Origin: Halomicronema hongdechloris C2206
GTDB lineage: Bacteria > Cyanobacteriota > Cyanobacteriia > Phormidesmidales > Phormidesmidaceae
Assembly (NCBI RefSeq): GCF_002075285.3
Contig: NZ_CP021983.2
Coordinates: 1,950,001 to 1,982,000 of the forward strand
Direction: 5' to 3'
Length of the DNA stretch: 32,000 nucleotides
Shown here piece after piece: positions 25,701 to 32,000 of this stretch (its first letter is position 1; each line of letters opens with the position of its first letter). Under the pieces are notes generated by a model, which saw nothing but the letters and a program-made list of their open reading frames with translations, made no database searches and had not been told where the DNA came from. The position numbers were made by a program, and so were the translations under genes.

Positions 25701-25924
25701 ACCATGGCATTGGCATTCCCCCCGATGACTTGAAACGGCTGTTTGAGCCCTTCCATCGAGCCAGTAATGTCGGCAACATTGCCGGCACTGGTCTGGGATT
25801 GGCTATTGTCAAAAAATCAGTCGACGCCCACGGCGGTGACATTTACGTGGCGAGTGAGGCCAATGTCGGCACCACTTTCACCATCACCCTTCCCTTAGAC
25901 GGTGCAGGTACCCATCATGACTAA
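22775..25924 (+). CDS. Multidomain sensor histidine kinase (CBS pairs - GAF - PAS - PAS - HisKA - HATPase_c)
   Basis: CBS-like units (HHLPVLDEQRQIVGLITSASVM, FLGIVTAVDVIRL). GAF segment (CDRTFIYRL...LWGLLVAQHC). Coiled coils and two PAS-like blocks. H-box SHEFRTPLTTI. N and G boxes LLSNALKYSP, DHGIGIP and GTGLGLAIVK. Confidence 0.9.
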   Translation: MVVPANPQDSLMPPSDNHPIPLRVERGTPLSRVIHLICDSLNEAQALSPVWGGTAHLGEIGCVVVTDNTALAGIATALDIVCQLARGAAVATLAVDEVMTHPVITVGVDQPADPQTVLALCQTHGIHHLPVLDEQRQIVGLITSASVMQETAPTNWLKLQPVAARMVTAVPTAGLEASGLQLAQLMQQWRRSYVVILQSQEAETSRFLGIVTAVDVIRLHHQGICLEATSASALMSDPPLCLHPSDSLWFAYGEMKQQWSYLPVCNEAGHFLGLLTAMAMVEALDPAGLSSHPGQLRQTLRRVETDKVDLLQNRNSELERQVSRRTAQLQEQSQRMQEELRSSRLLAATALRIQRSLDLAEILEITVQEMRQLLQCDRTFIYRLQPSQTQTIEVESVADQALSIRSQSTDYQPYFQDLFQAYHPGEIQAIADLAEVDLPSSCTTVLEQLGVQANLVIPISKGNDLWGLLVAQHCANSRPWQSWEISLLKHLATQVSIAIQKSALYEQLQAELNERRLAEQALTQANEELEARVEDRTASLRQANEQMQAEIAERRRAEEALRQAKDQMQAVLDAVPGLVSWIDGNLNYLGVNQHLTKVFQVPGDEFLGQEIGFLNPGHEFGDVIRHLFHSPEPAISKEITVWIHQQPRTYLIAAQKYDHDQAAVCIGIDVTEHRQAEAALRKSEARFQQLVEQTNEWVWEIDRDLAFSYVNPKAEDLLGYAAGELVGHQFQDFMPEDAAIRFMTVLEHAVAKREPFDHLEQTVLHKDGHAMILESSGTPVFSADGVWQGYWGIARDITERKQIEHNIRKALTKERELSELKTRFISMASHEFRTPLTTIMASAESLEHYRHKWSEDKILTYLKRIQKTTQHMNGLLNDVLTVGKANAGKMECHPAPIALADFCHDLVTELNLGASPPDRLMLTYQGPATNVMADEKLLRQMLGNLLSNALKYSPADTQPYLDVTVQTDQIRFVVQDHGIGIPPDDLKRLFEPFHRASNVGNIAGTGLGLAIVKKSVDAHGGDIYVASEANVGTTFTITLPLDGAGTHHD

Positions 25925-27011
25925 AATCTTGGTAATCGAAGACGATCCCCAGGTTAGAGATGTCATCGTTGATATTCTCGATGCAGAAGACTTCTCTCCC
26001 TTCAGCGCTCAAGATGGTCAATCAGGCTTAACGGTAGTTCGAGACAACCGCCCCGATCTGATCATCTGTGACGTCATGATGCCGGAGATGGACGGCTATG
26101 AAGTACTGGAGCAGCTGCGTCAGGACCCAGAAACTGCGACGATTCCGTTTATCTTTTTGACGGCTAAGTCTGAAAAATTAGATGTCCGTCGGGGCATGGA
26201 ACTCGGGGCAGACGACTATCTCACCAAGCCCTTTACCCGCGAGGAGTTATTAGGCACCATCTCCACCCGACTGAATCGTCAGGCTACCCTTGAGGAAAAA
26301 TCCCAGCAAAGGCTAGACGACCTCCGCACCAGCATTAGTTTTTCCTTGCCCCACGGTCTACGTACCCCCCTACAAACCATCCTCAAGGAGGCTCATGTAT
26401 TAATCAATGACTATGCCGTGATTCAGCCGGACGAACTATTAGGGGTAGCCGAGTCGATTTATGGCTCGGCGCAACGACTGCACCGGTTGATGCAAAACTT
26501 CCTGCTGATTGCTGAATTAGAAGTCCTAGAACTCAGTCCTGATCGATTGGCGACGCTGAGACGTCAACGCATCGGCTACTCCCATGCGGTTATTCAGGCG
26601 GCGGCTCAAGTCACGGCTCAGGAATACGGCCGAGACGCCGATCTGCGGTTAGACTTGCCAGAACTACCCGTGCAAATATCCGAGTCTATGCTGAAGAAAA
26701 TTGCCAGTGAGCTCCTCGACAATGCCTTCAAGTTCTCAGAAGCCGGGGATCCTGTTCAGGTGATCAGCCGTCGCCAAGACGGACGATTTATCCTCTATAT
26801 CATTGATCAGGGGCGAGGCTTTCTACCAGGACAAACCGAAGAAGTGGGTCCCTACATTCAGTTCGAGGCGGATACCTACGGGCAAGATGGCGTTGGCTTG
26901 GGGCTAGCGGTGGCCAAACGGTTAGTAGAGCTGCACCAGGGACAACTCCATATTGAGAGCATCCCCGGCAAGCAAACCACGCTCCGGGTCTCGCTGCCGA
27001 CCTCGGCGTAA
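25917..27011 (+). CDS. Hybrid response regulator: REC domain fused to a histidine-kinase-like (HisKA/HATPase_c) module
   Basis: ILVIEDDPQVRDV...DLIICDVMMPEMDGYEVL...FLTAK is a receiver domain. It is followed by LPHGLRTPLQTI and LLDNAFKFS...DQGRGF...GLGLAVAKRLVELHQG. The start ATG overlaps the upstream kinase stop (ATGACTAA). Confidence 0.85.
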   Translation: MTKILVIEDDPQVRDVIVDILDAEDFSPFSAQDGQSGLTVVRDNRPDLIICDVMMPEMDGYEVLEQLRQDPETATIPFIFLTAKSEKLDVRRGMELGADDYLTKPFTREELLGTISTRLNRQATLEEKSQQRLDDLRTSISFSLPHGLRTPLQTILKEAHVLINDYAVIQPDELLGVAESIYGSAQRLHRLMQNFLLIAELEVLELSPDRLATLRRQRIGYSHAVIQAAAQVTAQEYGRDADLRLDLPELPVQISESMLKKIASELLDNAFKFSEAGDPVQVISRRQDGRFILYIIDQGRGFLPGQTEEVGPYIQFEADTYGQDGVGLGLAVAKRLVELHQGQLHIESIPGKQTTLRVSLPTSA

Positions 27012-27067
27012 ACCCAGTGCCTAGACTGATCTCTATTCCTGATTCTCGTTGTGCTGAGGCATAATAT

Positions 27068-27577
27068 ATGACACGGTATTCCTGGTGGCAGTGGTCGCTG
27101 TTAATTGCCGGGGGGTTTGGCATCAACATGCCAGCCCTGGCCGCCGAGCAGGTCATTCTCAATTACGGTCCTCTGAGTCGCACTGTTGCTGTCGCTGACT
27201 TAGAAGCATTGGCCGCAACGGGAACGGCCCCAGAGCGGCTAGCAGCCCTCCTGACGATGGCCAATCAGCCTGCGTCTAAGCTGCAGGCTGCCTTAACGGA
27301 CGGCATCGAAGCGAATCCAGTGCTACTGGACCGGGTGCTGAATAGCTGGCCAGGGGAATGGGCCCTCGATCAAATGGGGCAGGTGATCCATCCACCTTCG
27401 GGTCGGGCCAGTCGTCAGGCGCTGCGCTCGGCCCTAGTGCTCTCGGCCCAAGATGACAACCATGTCACCTTACTGGAAGTGCTACAGCACTACCCCACCA
27501 ATGAGGTAGAAGTCGAGGCCGATCGCCTGGAAGAGGTTTACAACGACCTAGAAACTCTAATGGAGCCCTTCTCGTGA
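27068..27577 (+). CDS. DUF1400-like secreted protein (cyanobacterial 'alpha/beta hydrolase of unknown function' family)
   Basis: A signal peptide, then AAEQVILNYGPLSRTVAVADLEALAATG...QALRSALVLSAQDDNHVTLLEVLQHYP, which matches my memory of the DUF1400 pattern. Confidence 0.6.
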   Translation: MTRYSWWQWSLLIAGGFGINMPALAAEQVILNYGPLSRTVAVADLEALAATGTAPERLAALLTMANQPASKLQAALTDGIEANPVLLDRVLNSWPGEWALDQMGQVIHPPSGRASRQALRSALVLSAQDDNHVTLLEVLQHYPTNEVEVEADRLEEVYNDLETLMEPFS

Positions 27578-28107
27578 TCCGCACAATTTTCTCCCTGGCA
27601 AACTCGGAAGTATGGGCCTGGATCCGAGGGGCTATTGCCAGCAGTCAGTGCTTCCCTCTGCGGCAACTATTGCGGCAATCATTCAACTGGAGACGATGGC
27701 TGGTGTTCGGGGTTTTATGGGTACTTTGCGGCAGTTGCACGTCATTACTCAGATCCACTCCCCCAGTGACCTCATCGCCAACGACAAGTCCCCGGCCAAC
27801 CCCGATAGAAACGACTCCTCAGCAGGATCTTAGCAGTGATATTGCCTTTCTATCGGGGCGCTCTAACACGGCAAAAGTTAAGGAACGCTTAGAACTACTG
27901 GCCTTGAAATATGACCTAGGGCTCGGCCTGGTACAACGCATCATTCACGATTATTTCGAGGAGCATCAGTCCTTTAGCGTCAATAGCAACTTCCTCAAAA
28001 CTGTGGAAGACCTTAGTGCCGAGAATGGTATACCGGCTTCTCAGGCAGCCAAACTGTTGCTGGACTATAAGGGATGGCTGACCTGTAGTCGGGGTCCTTT
28101 GCAATAG
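27574..28107 (+). CDS. Hypothetical protein with one TM helix
   Basis: 177-aa ORF whose GTG start overlaps the previous stop (GTGA). It has a TM segment WLVFGVLWVLCGSC and a Pro/Thr/Ser linker. No motif recognised. Confidence 0.45.
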   Translation: MIRTIFSLANSEVWAWIRGAIASSQCFPLRQLLRQSFNWRRWLVFGVLWVLCGSCTSLLRSTPPVTSSPTTSPRPTPIETTPQQDLSSDIAFLSGRSNTAKVKERLELLALKYDLGLGLVQRIIHDYFEEHQSFSVNSNFLKTVEDLSAENGIPASQAAKLLLDYKGWLTCSRGPLQ

Positions 28108-28112
28108 CGTCC

Positions 28113-28631
28113 ATGACCTCGACAACGACGATTGTAATCGTGATGGGGATAGCGGGTACAGGGAAAACCACACTGGGCAAAGCTCTGGCCCGTACCCTCA
28201 ATTGGACTTTCTACGAAGGAGATGACCTTCATCCCGCCGCGAATATTGTCAAGATGGCCCGGGGGCAGCCCCTGACTGATGCCGATCGGGTTCCCTGGCT
28301 GCAACGGCTAGCTCAGGTCATCAACCAGTGCTTGGCTCAACAGCAGTCAGCGGTAATCACCTGTTCGGCATTGAAGGCCGCCTATCGGAAACGCCTACAG
28401 CAAAGCCCAGCGGTGCAATTTGTCTATCTCACTGGTAGTCGGGCCCTGATTCAACAACGGCTGCAGCAACGGCAGGACCATTTTATGACTGCCCAGCTCT
28501 TGGACAGTCAATTAGCCACCCTAGAGGAACCGGATGATGCCCTGAGGCTCGATATTGCCCAGTCCCTCGATGCCATGGTGCAGCAGGTCTGTCGATGGCT
28601 AGAGGTAGATGGCCAGGATTGCTCATCCTAA
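28113..28631 (+). CDS. gntK: Gluconokinase (gluconate kinase, GntK/IdnK family)
   Basis: P-loop VMGIAGTGKTTLGKALA, then FYEGDDLHPAANIVKMARGQPLTDADRVPWL, typical of thermoresistant gluconokinases. Size is 172 aa. Confidence 0.8.
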   Translation: MTSTTTIVIVMGIAGTGKTTLGKALARTLNWTFYEGDDLHPAANIVKMARGQPLTDADRVPWLQRLAQVINQCLAQQQSAVITCSALKAAYRKRLQQSPAVQFVYLTGSRALIQQRLQQRQDHFMTAQLLDSQLATLEEPDDALRLDIAQSLDAMVQQVCRWLEVDGQDCSS

Positions 28632-29061
28632 TGGTGGTTGCGATGACCGGGAGGGGGCGGGTGTCGCCTCCTCCGTCGTTGCTACCGCATCTCCTGGGAA
28701 GACCAGCAAGCAATGTATGGCGTTGGCCAGTCAGCTTAGGACATAGCTGATCGCCCAATAGCCTAGTCCAGGAAGGCTGACTGGCTCGCCACCGCACACA
28801 GCATGATGGCGGTGGCTAAACCAGATTGACAAGCCGTCTTTTGACCTGCATGACAGGCATTCCTAGAATCTCGGCATGATGCCAGATTCGCCAATTGGCG
28901 ACCCTAAGAGGACATTTGAAAACTCGGCTGAAAGCCCTGCAGGGTAAGCGTTTTAAAGCGTATGGCTCTGTTGGCCAGAATCCAGTCTGTAGCAAGATTG
29001 CAGGGGACTTTCCAAATATTCTCTCAGGGGCATCTGCGGAGTTATCGGTGTGAGGAATCTT

Positions 29062-30411
29062 ATGACAATCAAGTTCACGCGACTATTGGGCTGGGCCATG
29101 GGGACAGCCGCCTTTTCCATGGCTCCCCTCTCGTCTACGGTCTACGCTAGTTCCCCTGCAACTGCTAAAGATGACGGCTCCTCCTCCATGGCAGCGGCTT
29201 TGATGCTAGGCGATGAGACCTTGAACCTGGGGGAATCAGCGACATCATGGTCCCAATCTCATACAGACAATGCCCGAGGACTACAGCCAACCTTACAGCT
29301 CGACGAAGATCGGCCCCAGGCCTCCCTCCCAATCACTACGGCGGCTATGGAGCCAGCCATATCGATTCCAACCGTTGAGTTTTCCCAGGAGTCTGTGCCC
29401 CTGTCGCCCGTTGATGCCCCAACAGAATTTCCCCTGGCCGATACTCCTGCCCTCTCGCCCTTGGACGAAGGCATTTACTGGTCTCCGGCTCGTCCCGATA
29501 GCCATGCCCCTATCGGCGTGATGGGCGATCACACCCATGGCCAGGGAGAGTTCATGGTGTCTTACCGCTACATGTATATGGACATGGATGGGAACCGCAG
29601 TGGTCGAGACTCCCTCACTCCCGACGAGGTATTGCAGCAGTTCCCGATCACCCCCACTCGTATGACCATGCAAATGCATATGCTGGGAGCCATGTATGCG
29701 CCCAGCGATACCTTAACCCTGATGGCGATGGTTCCCTACATTGTCAAAGAGATGGACCACGTCACCCGGATGGGCACCCGGTTTACCACCAACTCTGAAG
29801 GCTTCGGCGACATCAAGCTATCCGGACTCTATACCGTGCTAGACCAGACCCGTCAGCGGATTCATCTCAATGTCGGTGTCAGCTTTCCCACCGGCTCTAT
29901 CGAAGAGCGCGATGCCACCCCCATGGGACCGGATCAGATTTTGCCTTATCCCATGCAAATCGGCTCTGGAACCGTCGATCTGCTTCCCGGCATCACCTAC
30001 CTGGGACAGGCTGGGGATTGGTCTTGGGGGGCCCAGGCAATCGGCACCCTACGCATCGGTCGTAACGCCAATGACTATCGCCTGGGGAATCAACTGGCCC
30101 TAACCACATGGGGGGCTTACCGCTGGTCAGACTGGTTCAGCACTTCTCTGCGACTGGGAGGACGCACCTGGGGCAATATTGATGGTCAAGATAGCCGCCT
30201 GAATCCCAACTTGATTCCCACCGCCAATCCTAGTATCAGGGGGGGCAGCCAATTGGATCTGGGGCTGGGGCTCAATTTCTATGTTCCCGAGGGCGGTTGG
30301 TCAGGCACTCGATTAGCCGTGGAATTCAACCTCCCTGTCTATCGCAACCTGTCGGGGCCTCAACTGGAAACCGATTTCAGTGTCATAGCGGGCGTGCAAG
30401 CCTCCTTCTGA
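29062..30411 (+). CDS. Outer-membrane beta-barrel protein ('transporter', MetA-pathway/phenol-degradation-like family)
   Basis: Signal peptide, a low-complexity Pro/Ser/Ala linker, then HAPIGVMGDHTHGQGEFMVSYRYMYMDMDG and alternating beta-strand patterns ending in an aromatic residue (..AGVQASF). The ATG at 29062 follows a GAGGAA Shine-Dalgarno. Confidence 0.65.
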   Translation: MTIKFTRLLGWAMGTAAFSMAPLSSTVYASSPATAKDDGSSSMAAALMLGDETLNLGESATSWSQSHTDNARGLQPTLQLDEDRPQASLPITTAAMEPAISIPTVEFSQESVPLSPVDAPTEFPLADTPALSPLDEGIYWSPARPDSHAPIGVMGDHTHGQGEFMVSYRYMYMDMDGNRSGRDSLTPDEVLQQFPITPTRMTMQMHMLGAMYAPSDTLTLMAMVPYIVKEMDHVTRMGTRFTTNSEGFGDIKLSGLYTVLDQTRQRIHLNVGVSFPTGSIEERDATPMGPDQILPYPMQIGSGTVDLLPGITYLGQAGDWSWGAQAIGTLRIGRNANDYRLGNQLALTTWGAYRWSDWFSTSLRLGGRTWGNIDGQDSRLNPNLIPTANPSIRGGSQLDLGLGLNFYVPEGGWSGTRLAVEFNLPVYRNLSGPQLETDFSVIAGVQASF

Positions 30412-30431
30412 ACCCCCTCTTGGTGTCGGGA

Positions 30432-31094
30432 TTACAATCCTGCCAGCACCTGCTCTGCGGTAGCGGTCCAACCCACGATCCCCCCCTGGGCCTGTACCAT
30501 GGCCAGGGTGGCCTGCTTGAACTCGGGGAAGTAGCTCTCGGTGCCATCTTCCACTAGCAGGCACTCGTAGCCGCGGTCATTGGCCTCTCGCATCGTCGTC
30601 TGCACACAGACTTCGGTGGTGACGCCAGTAAAGATTAGATGGGTGATGCCGTGGGCCTGCAGCATCTTCTGTAGAGGGGTAGCGTAAAAGGCGCCCTTGC
30701 CCGGCTTCTCGATTACCAGTTCTCCTGGTTTCGGAGTCAGCTCTGGGATGATGCTGTTGCCGGGTTCCCCTAAGACTAAAATGCGGCCCATGGGCCCCGG
30801 ATCGCCGATTTTCAAGGTGCCTCTGCCCCGCTGGCGTTTTGAGGCAGGGCAGTCTGATAGATCGGCTTGGTGCCCTTCTACGGTTTGGATCACTAGCAAG
30901 TTGCGATCGCAAAAGGCCTGTCGCAACCGCTGCACCGTCGGCACAATGGCTTGCAGGCGAGAGACATCATTGCCCAGGGCTTCACCAAAGCCCCCGGGGT
31001 CTAGAAAATCTCGCTGCATATCGATGATGATCAGCGCCACCCCTCCATCCGTGGGTAAGTCGTAATCGTAAGGCTGGGCAACAATGGTGGGCAT
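30432..31094 (-). CDS. Isochorismatase-family cysteine hydrolase
   Basis: [18 protein letters not shown] at GKGAFY and ...[17 protein letters not shown] (catalytic Cys) form the D-K-C triad pattern. The ATG at 31094 is preferred over the upstream alternative start. Confidence 0.85.
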   Translation of the reverse strand: MPTIVAQPYDYDLPTDGGVALIIIDMQRDFLDPGGFGEALGNDVSRLQAIVPTVQRLRQAFCDRNLLVIQTVEGHQADLSDCPASKRQRGRGTLKIGDPGPMGRILVLGEPGNSIIPELTPKPGELVIEKPGKGAFYATPLQKMLQAHGITHLIFTGVTTEVCVQTTMREANDRGYECLLVEDGTESYFPEFKQATLAMVQAQGGIVGWTATAEQVLAGL

Positions 31095-31247
31095 AGGGCT
31101 ACCAAACGCCGTAAAGCTATATTGCTCTCTGCTCCAGAGCAAAATCAGTTATGCGCCAGATAGCGTCCTGGGTTAAGGCTACTATGTGGCCAATGCTATG
31201 GTCGCACAGCCATGGCCCCGACGAGATAGCAGAGTGAACAATTAGAC

Positions 31248-32000
31248 CTAGCTGATGCGCCGGAGAAAATTGAATACCTTAGTCAAAATACCCTGCAAGG
31301 TGGTGTTTTTGGCGTAGGTCTGCTTCGTCAGCTGCAGTGCCGCCTTGCTGTTTACCTCGGCCAAGGTGGGATAGACATGGATGATGCTCTTCAGGGCTCC
31401 CACCTTAAGCTTGTAGCTCATGGCCATGACCACTTCATGAATCAATTCCCCGGCAGCAGGCCCGACGATATGGGCCCCTAGAATCTCACCGTTGCGGCGA
31501 GTCAGAACCTTGGCAAAGCCAATGCCAGCAGCTTCCGCCAAGGCCCGGTCCACTCCAGAGAAGTCTTGTTGCAGCACATAGATATCGTCGCCATAGCGCT
31601 GGCGGGCCTGGGCCTCGCTGAGCCCCACCCGGGCCAATTCTGGATCGGTAAAGGTGGCCCAAGGAATGACGCGGTAATCGGCTTTCTTCAGGGGCAAGAG
31701 TAGGGCATTTTGCAGAGCCACGGCGGCTTCGTAGCCAGCTACATGGGTAAACTGATAGCCGCCGATGACATCGCCAGCAGCATAGATGCGAGGATTGGTC
31801 GTCTGCAATTTGCCGTTAACGGTAATGCCCCGCTTGCCAACGGCCACCTCGGCAGCCTGCAGATTTAAGGACTCGACATTGGGCACTTGCCCCGTGGATA
31901 GCAGAATTTCATCCACCACGATGGTCTGGCCGCCGACCCAGATGTGCTTCTTACCATCCTTCACCTCCACTCGTTGAGCCCGGCTCTGAGTCAAAATACG
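31248..32000 (-). CDS. FAD-dependent pyridine nucleotide-disulfide oxidoreductase (dihydrolipoyl dehydrogenase/mercuric reductase-like), C-terminal part; N-terminus outside the window
   Basis: TNPRIYAAGDVIGG is the second FAD-binding motif. The dimerisation domain has PWATFTDPELARVGLSE and HVYPTLAE. The frame is open to the window edge. Confidence 0.8.
   Translation of the reverse strand, partial: RILTQSRAQRVEVKDGKKHIWVGGQTIVVDEILLSTGQVPNVESLNLQAAEVAVGKRGITVNGKLQTTNPRIYAAGDVIGGYQFTHVAGYEAAVALQNALLLPLKKADYRVIPWATFTDPELARVGLSEAQARQRYGDDIYVLQQDFSGVDRALAEAAGIGFAKVLTRRNGEILGAHIVGPAAGELIHEVVMAMSYKLKVGALKSIIHVYPTLAEVNSKAALQLTKQTYAKNTTLQGILTKVFNFLRRIS

Noticed and set aside
28632-29061. 430-bp untranslated gap upstream of the outer-membrane barrel gene; examined for a riboswitch (cobalamin, metal) or a Fur box
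   Set aside because: It contains hairpins (e.g. CCACCGC...GCGGTGG, CGCCAATTGGCG), but I could not recognise a B12 box or any other riboswitch core, nor a Fur-like box. A covariance-model scan would be needed to say more.

Overview
This is a cyanobacterial chromosome segment. It carries at least 16 HIP1 palindromes (GCGATCGC; e.g. 978-985, 3004-3011, 8333-8340), an STRR-like heptamer array, a CpcS-type bilin lyase gene, hemE and a delta-9 desaturase.

The left ~5.8 kb is visibly more AT-rich and looks like accessory DNA. I read it as a decayed integron-like platform with these parts:
- a truncated integron-type integrase (intI-like, 5075-~5580, + strand);
- a diverging set of minus-strand cassette-like genes: an orphan membrane protein, a small-protein/retropepsin pair, and a SAM methyltransferase;
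- one textbook attC site (2178-2264);
- a 767-nt ORF-less group II intron (3939-4705, minus) inserted directly after a GTTAGAC core heptamer. An intron hairpin loop (GUCUAA) is complementary to the last six bases of that heptamer.

Further left lie a transporter gene fragment and the 3' part of an Mrr-like nuclease gene.

The remaining ~26 kb is mostly core genome:
- a TetR-GST-RND efflux operon with two identical palindromic operators;
- desC, divergent from a TetR-like gene that runs, via a frame change, into a degenerate tyrosine-recombinase-like domain;
- TPR proteins, hemE and an SDR-family gene;
- ruvB, with two apparent -1 frameshifts;
- a DsbD_2/ferric-reductase-like fusion, followed by a doubly frameshifted secreted protein;
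- a CBS-GAF-PAS histidine kinase translationally coupled to a REC-kinase hybrid;
- a DUF1400-like gene, gluconokinase, an outer-membrane barrel, an isochorismatase-family gene, and a partial flavoprotein disulfide reductase.

All homology statements come from reading motifs by eye. No searches were run.
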